The notes under the pieces were generated by a model. That model ran no database searches and was not told the DNA's origin. It saw only the letters and a list, made by a program, of their open reading frames with translations. From Acetobacteraceae bacterium (lineage in GTDB: Bacteria > Pseudomonadota > Alphaproteobacteria > Acetobacterales > Acetobacteraceae): a stretch of 56,877 bases of DNA. A program made the translations under genes and the position numbers. This document shows, in pieces, positions 26,312-34,662 of the stretch (the stretch's first letter is position 1; each line of letters starts with the position of its first letter). The stretch is taken from the NCBI GenBank assembly GCA_035503055.1, contig DATJTV010000072.1:1-56877 (forward strand). The letters run 5' to 3'.

Positions 26312-27388
26312 TCAATAAAGGAGACTCTTGTCTAGCACATTTTTCATCGCCGCAAGATCGCCCCTGAGATAGCAGCCCAGATTGTAACGAAAGATGTCCG
26401 CGATCCTCGCATTCTCCGCACGCACCGTGCTCGCCGAATGCGGGCTGATCAGCACGTTGGGCATGTCCCAGAGCGCGCTCTCCGGCGGTAACGGCTCCTT
26501 GGTCGCGACGTCGAGCGCGGCGAAACCCACCTGCCCACTTCGCAGGCATGCGATCAGCGCCTCCTCGTCGATGACGATCCCGCGCGCGATATTGACGAAC
26601 GCGACGCCCCGCTTCATTGCGGCAAAGGCGGGTGCGTCGATGAGGTGTTCGGTCTCTTCCGTGTGCGGCACGGTCACGACGACGGCGTCAGCCGCCGCGA
26701 GCGCCTCGCGCAGCGCAGCGACCGGGACCACTTCGTCGAACAGCTCCCTATGCGCACGAGCCTTCGCCGGATCGCGCGCCACAGCGACGACGCGCATGCC
26801 GAAGGCGCGGGCGACGCGCGCCGCGCCGCGCGCGAGATCGCCGGCGCCAACCGCCACCAGCGTCCGGCCGGCGAGCTCCTCGCCGCAGTAGCGCTGCCAG
26901 CGATGCGCACGCTGCTCGGCGTCGAGATGGCGCAGGCGCTTGACGTGCAGCAGCAGGGCCAAAAACACGAATTCCGCGAGCGGCCCCGCGTGGACGCCGC
27001 GGGCGGTCGTCACAATTACGTTCGAGTCCGCCAGGCCGAGCTTCAGCACCTTGCGCCCGACGCCGGTGCTCGTTGTTTGGATCCATTTCAACTGCTTGCA
27101 GTGGGAGAGATCCTCGGCGCTTGGCGGCATGTCCCACAGGATCTCCGCCGCGGCCAGGCCCTGCTTCCAGCGCCGCTCCTGGTCCGCGCTGCGCACGAAT
27201 GGCGCCCCTTCGTGATCGGCGACATAGCGCGTGGGAGGCAGGATGTCGGGCTCGTAGATCACCTCGAGCCGCGTGCAAGCCACGTCGCGGATGCGCTCCA
27301 CCTGCTCGGGTTCGAGCGGGGTCGCAATGAAGATCCTGTGGACAGGCACCGGCGGCCGGGCCCTTTCATCAATCCGGAGAGGTCGCAC
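26312..27388 (-). CDS. D-2-hydroxyacid dehydrogenase family protein
   Basis: NAD-binding region TLVAVGAGDLARGAARVARAFGMRVVAV and catalytic-His region NVLISPHSAS. The exact start is uncertain. Confidence 0.8.
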   Translation of the reverse strand: MRPLRIDERARPPVPVHRIFIATPLEPEQVERIRDVACTRLEVIYEPDILPPTRYVADHEGAPFVRSADQERRWKQGLAAAEILWDMPPSAEDLSHCKQLKWIQTTSTGVGRKVLKLGLADSNVIVTTARGVHAGPLAEFVFLALLLHVKRLRHLDAEQRAHRWQRYCGEELAGRTLVAVGAGDLARGAARVARAFGMRVVAVARDPAKARAHRELFDEVVPVAALREALAAADAVVVTVPHTEETEHLIDAPAFAAMKRGVAFVNIARGIVIDEEALIACLRSGQVGFAALDVATKEPLPPESALWDMPNVLISPHSASTVRAENARIADIFRYNLGCYLRGDLAAMKNVLDKSLLY

Positions 27389-27469
27389 GCCGGCCGGCCG
27401 CGGGGCTCACCCGGCGCCCATGGTGCCGTAAGCGCGGCCGGCAGGAAACAGGGGTTAAAAGACCATTGC

Positions 27470-27498
27470 ACTATAGGCGCGACCCGCTGCCCGCGCAA
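27470..27498 (-). promoter_or_regulatory. Candidate sigma70-type promoter TTGCGC-N17-TATAGT (minus strand) upstream of the dehydrogenase gene
   Basis: The reverse complement of 27470-27498 reads TTGCGC GGGCAGCGGGTCGCGCC TATAGT, about 80 nt upstream of start 27388. Confidence 0.3.
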
Positions 27499-27650
27499 CC
27501 GAGCCCCTCCGGTAGTATGGCCACGGCAATCGTCCTTCGGCGAAAGCCGGTACACAGGTCGTTGTCCAAGCGCGCGCTTCACCCGACGTTTCGTGACCGC
27601 TACGCGAGCGACGCAGCTCTGCGATCGGGCACTGGGCGGCTTGGCCCTTC

Positions 27651-28640
27651 TCAGCCGCTCAGGTGGCACGCCGCCAGGCGGCCGCTCGCGATCGGGCGGA
27701 GCTCGGGTCGTTCCGTGCGGCAGCGGGGCATTGCGTGCGGGCAGCGCGGGTGGAATGCGCAGCCTGAGGGAAGATCGAGCGGGCTTTGCAGCTCGCCGCC
27801 GAGGGCGATTGCCTTGCTGCGGCCGGCGCCGATCTGCGGCACGGCCCTCAGCAGCGCGGCCGTATAAGGATGCATCGGCTCGGCGAAGATCGCGTCCGCC
27901 GGCCCGCTTTCGACGATGCGGCCGAGATACATGACGATGACGCGGTGGGCGATGTGGCGGACGATTCGCAGGTCGTGCGAGATGAACAGGATTGCGAGCC
28001 CCAGCCGCTCCTGCAGATCGATCAGCAGATTGACGATCTGCGCCTGCACGGAGACATCGAGGGCGGAGACGATTTCATCGGCGATCAGGATTTCCGGCCT
28101 GACCGAGAGCGCGCGGGCCAGGGCGACGCGCTGACGCTGGCCGCCCGAGAGGGCGTGCGGCAGGCGCGCCGCGGCCACGGCCGGCAGGCCGACCTCGCCC
28201 AGGAGCTCGGCCACGCGCGCGGCGCGGCCGGCCGGCGACACCATGCGATGCACGGTGAGCGCTTCGGCGAGCGTCTCGCCCACCGTCATGCGCGGATTGA
28301 GCGAGCTGTAGGGATCCTGGAAGACGAGCTGCGCGCGCCGATGATAGCGGCGGAGAGCCGCGCCGGCGAGCGCGCCGACCTCCTCGCCGTCGAAGATGAT
28401 CCGTCCGGCGTCAAGAGCGATCAGACGCACCAGGGCGCGGGCGAGCGTGGACTTGCCGCAACCCGACTCACCCACCACCGCCAGCGTTTCGCCTGCGCCG
28501 ATGGAGAAGCTCACGCCGTTGAGCGCGCGTATGGCAGGCGAATGGCCGCCGGAGAGCAGGGCGGCGAGGCCGTGCCGGATGGGGAAGGCACGCGTAAGGT
28601 TTTCGGCGGCGAGCAGCTTCGTCGCGGCGAACGCGTTCAT
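27651..28640 (-). CDS. Oligopeptide/dipeptide ABC ATP-binding protein (DppF/OppF-like)
   Basis: Start moved to ATG 28640 (ATGA overlap). Motifs GESGCGKST, LSGGQRQR and ILIADEIVSALD, plus the C-terminal oligo_HPY region with Cys residues. Confidence 0.9.
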   Translation of the reverse strand: MNAFAATKLLAAENLTRAFPIRHGLAALLSGGHSPAIRALNGVSFSIGAGETLAVVGESGCGKSTLARALVRLIALDAGRIIFDGEEVGALAGAALRRYHRRAQLVFQDPYSSLNPRMTVGETLAEALTVHRMVSPAGRAARVAELLGEVGLPAVAAARLPHALSGGQRQRVALARALSVRPEILIADEIVSALDVSVQAQIVNLLIDLQERLGLAILFISHDLRIVRHIAHRVIVMYLGRIVESGPADAIFAEPMHPYTAALLRAVPQIGAGRSKAIALGGELQSPLDLPSGCAFHPRCPHAMPRCRTERPELRPIASGRLAACHLSG

Positions 28641-29617
28641 GCCGGCGCGAGCGCGCGCGCGGTAAGCTCGCCGGCGCGCAGGCAAGCCGAGACCCGGCGC
28701 GGGCCGGCGGGGACGAGTGGCGGGACCGCCGCAAGGCAGGCCGGGATGGCGGCGGGGCAGCGCGGCGCGAAGGGGCAGCCGGCCGGCAGCTCCGTCGGAT
28801 CGGGCGGGCTGCCCGCGATCGGGACGAGCCTCTGCCGGGCGCGGCGCGGATCGGGAAGCGAGCGCAGCAGGCCCTCGGTGTAGGCATGCGCGGGCCGGGC
28901 GAAGATCTCGGCGACCGGGCCGCTCTCCTGCACGCGCCCGGCATAGACGATCACCACCCGGTCGCAGGTCTCGGCGATCACGCCGAGATCGTGCGTCACG
29001 AGCACCACGCTCATCGCCAATTCGTCGCGCAAGCGGAGGAGGAGCTTGAGGATCTGATCCTGGATCGTCACGTCGAGCGCCGTGGTCGGCTCGTCGGCGA
29101 GCAGGAGCTTCGGCTCGGCGGCGAGGGCGATCGCGATCATCGCCCGCTGACGCATGCCGCCCGAGAACTCGTGCGGGAAGCTGCCGAGCCGCTCTCTTGC
29201 CGCCGGGATGCCGACCCGGTCGAGCAGCTCCGCGGCGCGGGTCCGCGCAGCGGCGCCGCGGAGGCCGAGATGCGCGCGGAGGCTTTCCGTGATTTGCAAG
29301 CCGATCGGCAGCACCGGGTTCAGCGCCATCATCGGCTCCTGGAACACCATGCCGATCTCGCGGCCGCGCACCCCGGCCAGCGCGCGGGGCGAAAGTTGCA
29401 AAAGATCCTGCCCGGCCCAGAGGACGCGGCCCTCGACCGACGCCGAAGACGGCAGGAGGCCCAGGATCGCGCGCAGCGTGAGGCTTTTGCCCGACCCCGA
29501 TTCGCCGGCGATGCCCAGCATCTCTCCGGCGGCAACGTCGAAGCCGATGCAGGAGATCGGACGGAGCGGCCCGATCCGCACCATGAGGTCCTGGACGGAA
29601 AGCAGGGGGGCGGTCAT
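28637..29617 (-). CDS. Oligopeptide/dipeptide ABC ATP-binding protein (DppD/OppD-like)
   Basis: Start moved to ATG 29617 (ATGA overlap). Motifs GESGSGKS, FSGGMRQR, LLLADEPTTALD and VTHDLGV. Confidence 0.9.
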   Translation of the reverse strand: MTAPLLSVQDLMVRIGPLRPISCIGFDVAAGEMLGIAGESGSGKSLTLRAILGLLPSSASVEGRVLWAGQDLLQLSPRALAGVRGREIGMVFQEPMMALNPVLPIGLQITESLRAHLGLRGAAARTRAAELLDRVGIPAARERLGSFPHEFSGGMRQRAMIAIALAAEPKLLLADEPTTALDVTIQDQILKLLLRLRDELAMSVVLVTHDLGVIAETCDRVVIVYAGRVQESGPVAEIFARPAHAYTEGLLRSLPDPRRARQRLVPIAGSPPDPTELPAGCPFAPRCPAAIPACLAAVPPLVPAGPRRVSACLRAGELTARALAPA

Positions 29618-30459
29618 CCGCGCCGACGCAGCGCTGCGGCAACGCCGTCGCCCACCAGGCTGAAGCCCGCGCCGGCGGCGACGATGGCGAACCCGGGGAA
29701 GATCGACATCCACCATGCCGTCGTCATGAAGTTCTTGCCGTCCGCGATCAGCACGCCCCACTCCGCCGTCGGCGGCTGCGCGCCGAGACCGAGATAGCCG
29801 AGGCTCGAGCCGAGGAGGACGGCCAGTGCGGCGTCGGTCATCCAGTAGATGATCGCCGGCGTGACGACATTGGGAAGAAGATGGCGGAAGATGATGCGTG
29901 TCGGCCCGTAGCCCATCACCTCGGCCGCCGCGATATAGTCGCGCCGCTTCTGCACGAGGACCTCGGCGCGCACGATCCGGGCGTAGAAGATCCAGTCCAC
30001 GACGCTGATCGCGATATACATGTTGAGCAGGCCGGGCCCCAGGACGGCGACGATCGCGATCACCAGGACGAGGAAGGGCATGGTGATGATCATGTCGACG
30101 AGGCGGAGGAAGATCGTATCGCCGATGCCCCCGAAATAGCCGAGCAGGCAGCCGAGCGCCGTGCCGAACAGGAAGGGGAAGGAAGTGGAGAAGACCGCGA
30201 TCTGCATGTCGATGCGGGAGGCGTAGATGACGCGGGAGAGGATATCGCGGCCGAAATTATCGGTGCCGAACCAGTGCGCCGCACTCGGCGGTTTGAGGAG
30301 GGCGTGGTAGTCGAACGCGAGCGGGCTGTAGGGCGCGAGCGCTCCGGGGGCGATCGCGCAGAGAAGAAGGAGGCCCATCAGAACCGCCCCGATCGCGGGG
30401 CCCGGCGCCACCTTCCAGGCCCACCGGCGCCGCGACGCGACGGTGAGCGCCTGGCTCAT
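29614..30459 (-). CDS. Peptide/nickel-type ABC permease (DppC-like)
   Basis: 281 aa, multi-TM, tight operon packing. Confidence 0.9.
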   Translation of the reverse strand: MSQALTVASRRRWAWKVAPGPAIGAVLMGLLLLCAIAPGALAPYSPLAFDYHALLKPPSAAHWFGTDNFGRDILSRVIYASRIDMQIAVFSTSFPFLFGTALGCLLGYFGGIGDTIFLRLVDMIITMPFLVLVIAIVAVLGPGLLNMYIAISVVDWIFYARIVRAEVLVQKRRDYIAAAEVMGYGPTRIIFRHLLPNVVTPAIIYWMTDAALAVLLGSSLGYLGLGAQPPTAEWGVLIADGKNFMTTAWWMSIFPGFAIVAAGAGFSLVGDGVAAALRRRG

Positions 30460-31397
30460 GTGTGGGCGGCGCGGGGATCGAGCAGCGCCTGCAGCGTATC
30501 CACCGCCATGAAGATCACCGACACGAACACCGCGATCACCACGGTGAGCCCCTCCACCACCGCGTAGTCGCGCGCGAAGATGCTCTCGATCATGAGCTGG
30601 CCGATGCCCGGGACGGCGAAGACCGTCTCGGTGATGACCGCGCCGCCGACCAGCGAGCCGATCTGCAGCCCGAGCAGCGTGAGCGTCGAGACGAGCGCGT
30701 TGCGCAGCACGTGGCGGCCGAGCACGAGCCGCCGCGGCAGGCCCTTGGCGGTTGCGAAGGCGACGTACTCGGCCGCCAGCGCCTCGATCAGCCCCGCGCG
30801 GAGATTGCGCATCAATATCGCCGCGAGGCCGATTGCGAGCGTCAGCGCCGGCAGGATCATGTAGGGGATGTCGTCGAAGAAGCCATGGCCCATGCCGCCG
30901 ACCGGGAAGAGATGAAGCCCGGCAGCCAGCCCGATCAGCAGCACGAGGCCGATATAGAAGATGGGCATGGAGAGCCCGAGCTGGCAGAAGAGGCGGACGA
31001 AGATGTCGATCGCGCGCCCTTCGTAGAGCGCGGCGGCGAAGGCGAGCGGCAAGGCAATGACGATCGCGAGCAGCGCCGCCATCATGGTCAGCATCAGCGT
31101 GACCGGGAGCCGCGCCGCGATGAGCTGCGCCACCGGCACCTGCATGGTGACGGAATAGCCGAGGCGGAGCGTGAGGAGATGCTCGATATAGATACCGAAC
31201 TGGGTGAGGAGCGAGCGGTCGAAGCCCATCTCGTGGCGCAAGGCCGCCAGGGCGGCGGGCGTCGCGCGATCGCCGAGCAACGCCTCGGCCGGATCGCCGG
31301 GCAGCAGGTGCATCAGCACGAACACGATCACCGAGACCAGGAACGCCGTGCCGATGACTTGCGCCAGCCGCTGCCCGATACGGAGGAAAATCCGCAT
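30456..31397 (-). CDS. Peptide/nickel-type ABC permease (DppB-like)
   Basis: 313 aa, with the N-terminal RIGQRLAQVIGTAFLVSVIVFVLMHLLPGDP signature of DppB/OppB. Confidence 0.9.
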   Translation of the reverse strand: MRIFLRIGQRLAQVIGTAFLVSVIVFVLMHLLPGDPAEALLGDRATPAALAALRHEMGFDRSLLTQFGIYIEHLLTLRLGYSVTMQVPVAQLIAARLPVTLMLTMMAALLAIVIALPLAFAAALYEGRAIDIFVRLFCQLGLSMPIFYIGLVLLIGLAAGLHLFPVGGMGHGFFDDIPYMILPALTLAIGLAAILMRNLRAGLIEALAAEYVAFATAKGLPRRLVLGRHVLRNALVSTLTLLGLQIGSLVGGAVITETVFAVPGIGQLMIESIFARDYAVVEGLTVVIAVFVSVIFMAVDTLQALLDPRAAHT

Positions 31398-31408
31398 CCG
31401 GAGCGCCG

Positions 31409-33016
31409 TCAGGCGCCGGTGACGTAGACGCCGACGAAGATGTTGTCGCCGAGAGGGATCTGCACGAAGCCGTGCGCGCGCTTCAGCATGCCGACGGGGT
31501 AGGGCACCTCCAGAAGGAAGACGATGGGCGCGGCCGCGAGATAGCGCTCCTGGATCTCCTTGTACTGGGCGGCCCGCTTTGTCGGGTCCATCTCCTGCTG
31601 GCTGGCGAGGAAGAGCTTCTCGATGACCGGATCACGGAAGCCCGAATGATTGCATTGCACGACCGGGTAATAGCAGAAATAGGAGGTGATCTCGCTCGGG
31701 TCGTTGATGTCGTTGGTCCAGAGCGAGGTGCGCATCTGATAGTCGCCGGCGTCGAAGCGGGCGATGCGCGTCGCGTTCTCCAGCTGCTCGATCTTGAGTT
31801 CCACACGGATTTGCGACCACATCTGCTGTAGCGCCGAGAGCTGGGCGACGTCGTCGGCGTTGCCCGCGAGCGCCAGGCAGGTGACCTCGAAACCGTCCGC
31901 GTAGCCCGCCTCCTTGAGCAACGCGGCGGCCTTGGCGATGTTGTACGGATAGGGCTCGCCGCGGCCCCAGGCATAGGGCGTGGACATCGGCATGTAGCTC
32001 TGCTGCGGCACGCCGAAGCCGTAGCTCAGGACCTGGATCAGCGCCTTCTTGTCCGTGGCGTAATTGAGCGCCTGGCGCACGCGCGCATCCGCCATCGGAT
32101 TGATCTTGCCGTCCTTGAACTTCGGGCGGCAATTGAGATTGAAGTAGATGACCTTCTCCGAGGGGAAGAGGACCATATCGAGCTTCGGGTCGGCCTTCAG
32201 CTCGGCGACGCGCGAGAAGGGCACGAACTCGGTGGCGTCGATCTCGCCGGCCTTGAGCTTGAGGACGCGGGTTGCGTCATCGGGGATGACGGGCAAGCGC
32301 ACTTCGTCGACATAAGGGAGGTTCTTGCCGTCGGCGCCGAGCTTCCAATAGTACGGGTTGCGCTTCAGCACCAGGAGGGTGTTGCGCTGCCAGCTCGACA
32401 GGACGAAGGGGCCGGAGCCGATCGGGTGGTCGGCGAAGGCGCGGGACTTCGCGTTGATGTCGGCGCCGGGCGCTGCCATCAGCAGCTTTTGCGGCATGAC
32501 GCCGGCGTTGAAGGTGGCGAGCGCCTGCAGGATCGTCGGATCGGGATGCTTGAGGTGCAGGATCACCGTATCGCTGCCCTGGCCCTCGACGGAGGCGATG
32601 CTGTCGAGCAGGAACTGGAATGTCCCGCCCGTTGCCGGGTTGCTCGCGCGCGTCAGCGACCAGACGACGTCGCTCAATTCGATCGGCGAGCCGTCGGCGA
32701 ATTTCGTGTTCGGGCGCAGCTTGAGCGTGACCGTCTTGCCGTCCGCCGCGGTGGACCAGCTGGTGGCGAGCGCCGGCTGCAGGCCCTTTCCGTCCAAGGT
32801 CGGCAGGATGAGCAGGTCGTAGAGATTGAGGCAGATCCAGATATCGGCGTTCTGCGCGATATGCACCGGGTCGAGATAGAGGCTGTCTGCCGCACGGGCG
32901 AATATGTAGGCGCCGCCGCGCGTGGGTTCGGCCGCGTCCGCGCGGCGCATCATCCCCGGCATTGTCGCCGTCGCCGCGAGCGAGGAGGCAAAGAGGAGAA
33001 GGTTGCGTCTCTGCAT
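31409..33016 (-). CDS. ABC substrate-binding protein, family 5 (DppA/OppA-like)
   Basis: Start moved to ATG 33016 (MQRRNLLLFASSLAATATMPGMMRRADA), preceded by GGGGAG; 535 aa. Confidence 0.85.
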   Translation of the reverse strand: MQRRNLLLFASSLAATATMPGMMRRADAAEPTRGGAYIFARAADSLYLDPVHIAQNADIWICLNLYDLLILPTLDGKGLQPALATSWSTAADGKTVTLKLRPNTKFADGSPIELSDVVWSLTRASNPATGGTFQFLLDSIASVEGQGSDTVILHLKHPDPTILQALATFNAGVMPQKLLMAAPGADINAKSRAFADHPIGSGPFVLSSWQRNTLLVLKRNPYYWKLGADGKNLPYVDEVRLPVIPDDATRVLKLKAGEIDATEFVPFSRVAELKADPKLDMVLFPSEKVIYFNLNCRPKFKDGKINPMADARVRQALNYATDKKALIQVLSYGFGVPQQSYMPMSTPYAWGRGEPYPYNIAKAAALLKEAGYADGFEVTCLALAGNADDVAQLSALQQMWSQIRVELKIEQLENATRIARFDAGDYQMRTSLWTNDINDPSEITSYFCYYPVVQCNHSGFRDPVIEKLFLASQQEMDPTKRAAQYKEIQERYLAAAPIVFLLEVPYPVGMLKRAHGFVQIPLGDNIFVGVYVTGA

Positions 33017-33270
33017 GCAGTCTCCCCGGAGACGGATCGTCGTGCGTCCGTTCACGAGCCGAGCATGTCGAGCGCGCGTGTCGGGAGTCAAGCCGATTGT
33101 CGCGGAGCGCGGCCGTTTTTATCGTAACGAATCCTGCTTTGATGAGATTTTATGCAAAAGCCGCTTAGTTCCTAGTCAGATAGCCAAATTATCGGCACAC
33201 CCGAATGTCGGAAGCGCTCGCCTCGGGGACATGCCCGGTCTAACCTCGGAACAACACGGAGGAGAAGGCG

Positions 33271-34413
33271 ATGCCGCGCGACCCAAACGATCCACTGCTG
33301 TTGACCCCCGGCCCGGTCAGTGTCTCGGCCACGACCAAGGCGGTGATGTTGCGCGACCGCGCCTCCGGCGGAGAGGAGTTCCAGGCCGACATCGCCTTCG
33401 CGCGCGATTACATGGTGCGGCTGATCGAGGGCGCCGGGCGCTATGCCGCGATCCCGCTTCCCGGCAGCGCCACCTATGCGAACGAGGCGGTGATCGCCTC
33501 CCTCGTGCCGCCGGGCGGCAAGCTGCTCGTGCATAGCAACGGCGTGTACGGCGATCGGCTGATCGAGATCTGCGCGCATCTCAGCACGCCGTGCGCGGTG
33601 ATCCGCACGCCGCCCTTTGCGCCGCCGACCGCCGAGCAGTTCGAGGCCGCGCTCGCCGCCGACGCGGCGATCAGCCATGTGATGGCCGTGCACTGCGAGA
33701 CGAGCACCGGCGTCCTCAACCCGATCGCCGAGATCGCCGAGACCTGCCGGCGCTTCAGCAAGGGGCTCTTGATCGACGCGGTTGCGTCGTTCGGCGCGAT
33801 CGATCTCGATTCGCGCGCGCTTGGCTTCGACGCCGTCACCGTCTCGTCCAACAAATGCATGCAGGACGTGCCGGGCGTTGGCTGGGCGATCGTGCAGAAG
33901 CAGGTGCTGGAGAACGCGAAGGGCAACTGCCGCTCGGTGGCGCTCGATATCTGGGATCAGAATCAGCACATGGAGCGCACCGGCGCATTCCGGTTCACTC
34001 CGCCGACCCAGGTCGTGGCGGCGTTCGCGCAGGCCTGCCGCGAGCACGCGGCCGAGGGCGGCAGCCCGGCCCGGCTCGACCGCTACCGGCGCAACTGGCG
34101 GCGGCTGGTGCAAGGCATGCGGCAGATGGGCTTCAGGACGGTGGTCCCCGACGCCTGCGCCTCGCCGATCGTGGCGACGTTCCACAATCCCGACCACCCC
34201 GCCTTCAGCTTCGAGAAGCTGTTCGAGGGAATGAAGCGGCGCGGCTTCATCATCTTCCCCGGCCGGCTCGCGCTTGCGAACACGTTCCGCATCGCCTGCA
34301 TGGGCGCGGTCACCGAGGACGATATCGGCGAGGCCATGGCGGCCGTGGCGGAGACGATGGGAGAAATCGGCATCGAGGAGCTCGGCCGCGGCGACGCGCC
34401 GGTCGATCGCTGA
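33271..34413 (+). CDS. phnW: 2-aminoethylphosphonate:pyruvate aminotransferase-like class V aminotransferase
   Basis: Matches remembered PhnW blocks along its length: LLLTPGP, SNGVYG.R, HCETSTGVLNPI, D.V.SFG, SSNKCMQDVPG (PLP Lys), RFTPP, EGG...R..RY, SPIV.TF, GF.IFPG and FRI..MG. Confidence 0.7.
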   Translation: MPRDPNDPLLLTPGPVSVSATTKAVMLRDRASGGEEFQADIAFARDYMVRLIEGAGRYAAIPLPGSATYANEAVIASLVPPGGKLLVHSNGVYGDRLIEICAHLSTPCAVIRTPPFAPPTAEQFEAALAADAAISHVMAVHCETSTGVLNPIAEIAETCRRFSKGLLIDAVASFGAIDLDSRALGFDAVTVSSNKCMQDVPGVGWAIVQKQVLENAKGNCRSVALDIWDQNQHMERTGAFRFTPPTQVVAAFAQACREHAAEGGSPARLDRYRRNWRRLVQGMRQMGFRTVVPDACASPIVATFHNPDHPAFSFEKLFEGMKRRGFIIFPGRLALANTFRIACMGAVTEDDIGEAMAAVAETMGEIGIEELGRGDAPVDR

Positions 34414-34662
34414 GCCGCGGGAACAACCTGTCCAGATTTCGGATCTAGAACGGGACCGCCCGGCGCTCACCGATCCCGCTCTCGCTCGTTGCTTTCTCGC
34501 CTGATCGAACGCCTCCGGCGCCGGGGTGCCCGGATTCCGCCTCCGGCGATCACGCTCCGGGCAGCCGGTTTGGCGCGCGCGCGCAATTGATGATAGCATC
34601 CCGGATCGGTTCGACCCGGCGATGCCGGTGCACCGGGACGCCGTCGTGGGGAGGAGACAAAA

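Noticed and set aside
26312-27388. The D-2-hydroxyacid dehydrogenase next to the Pot/Phn-like transporter as a PtxD phosphite dehydrogenase.
   Set aside because: PtxD belongs to the same superfamily, but this sequence shows only generic family motifs. The adjacent transporter is Pot/PhnS-type rather than PtxABC-type. There is no specific support.
27389-27650. A possible small RNA or tRNA in the 262-bp gap between the DppF-like stop and the dehydrogenase start. It contains a GNRA-type mini-hairpin, CGGCGAAAGCCG.
   Set aside because: There is no tRNA-like T-arm or anticodon structure and no strong terminator. The gap is adequately explained by a candidate promoter (27470-27498) plus a 5' UTR.
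27651-29642. Apparent giant fusion proteins: 663 aa at 27651-29642, 546 aa at 43598-45238, 680 aa at 45324-47366, 955 aa at 51926-54793 and 529 aa at 46244-47833.
   Set aside because: Only the C-terminal part of each has family motifs. The N-terminal part overlaps the upstream neighbour in another frame and is R/P-rich. Internal ATG codons with ATGA stop/start coupling or good RBSs give normal-length proteins.
22419-34413. A complete 2-aminoethylphosphonate degradation operon.
   Set aside because: Only a phnW-like gene and a PhnSTUV-ordered transporter are present. They are 7 kb apart on opposite strands, separated by an unrelated Dpp-type operon. No phnX, phnY/phnA or C-P lyase genes are in the window. 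It is kept only as a hypothesis in the findings.
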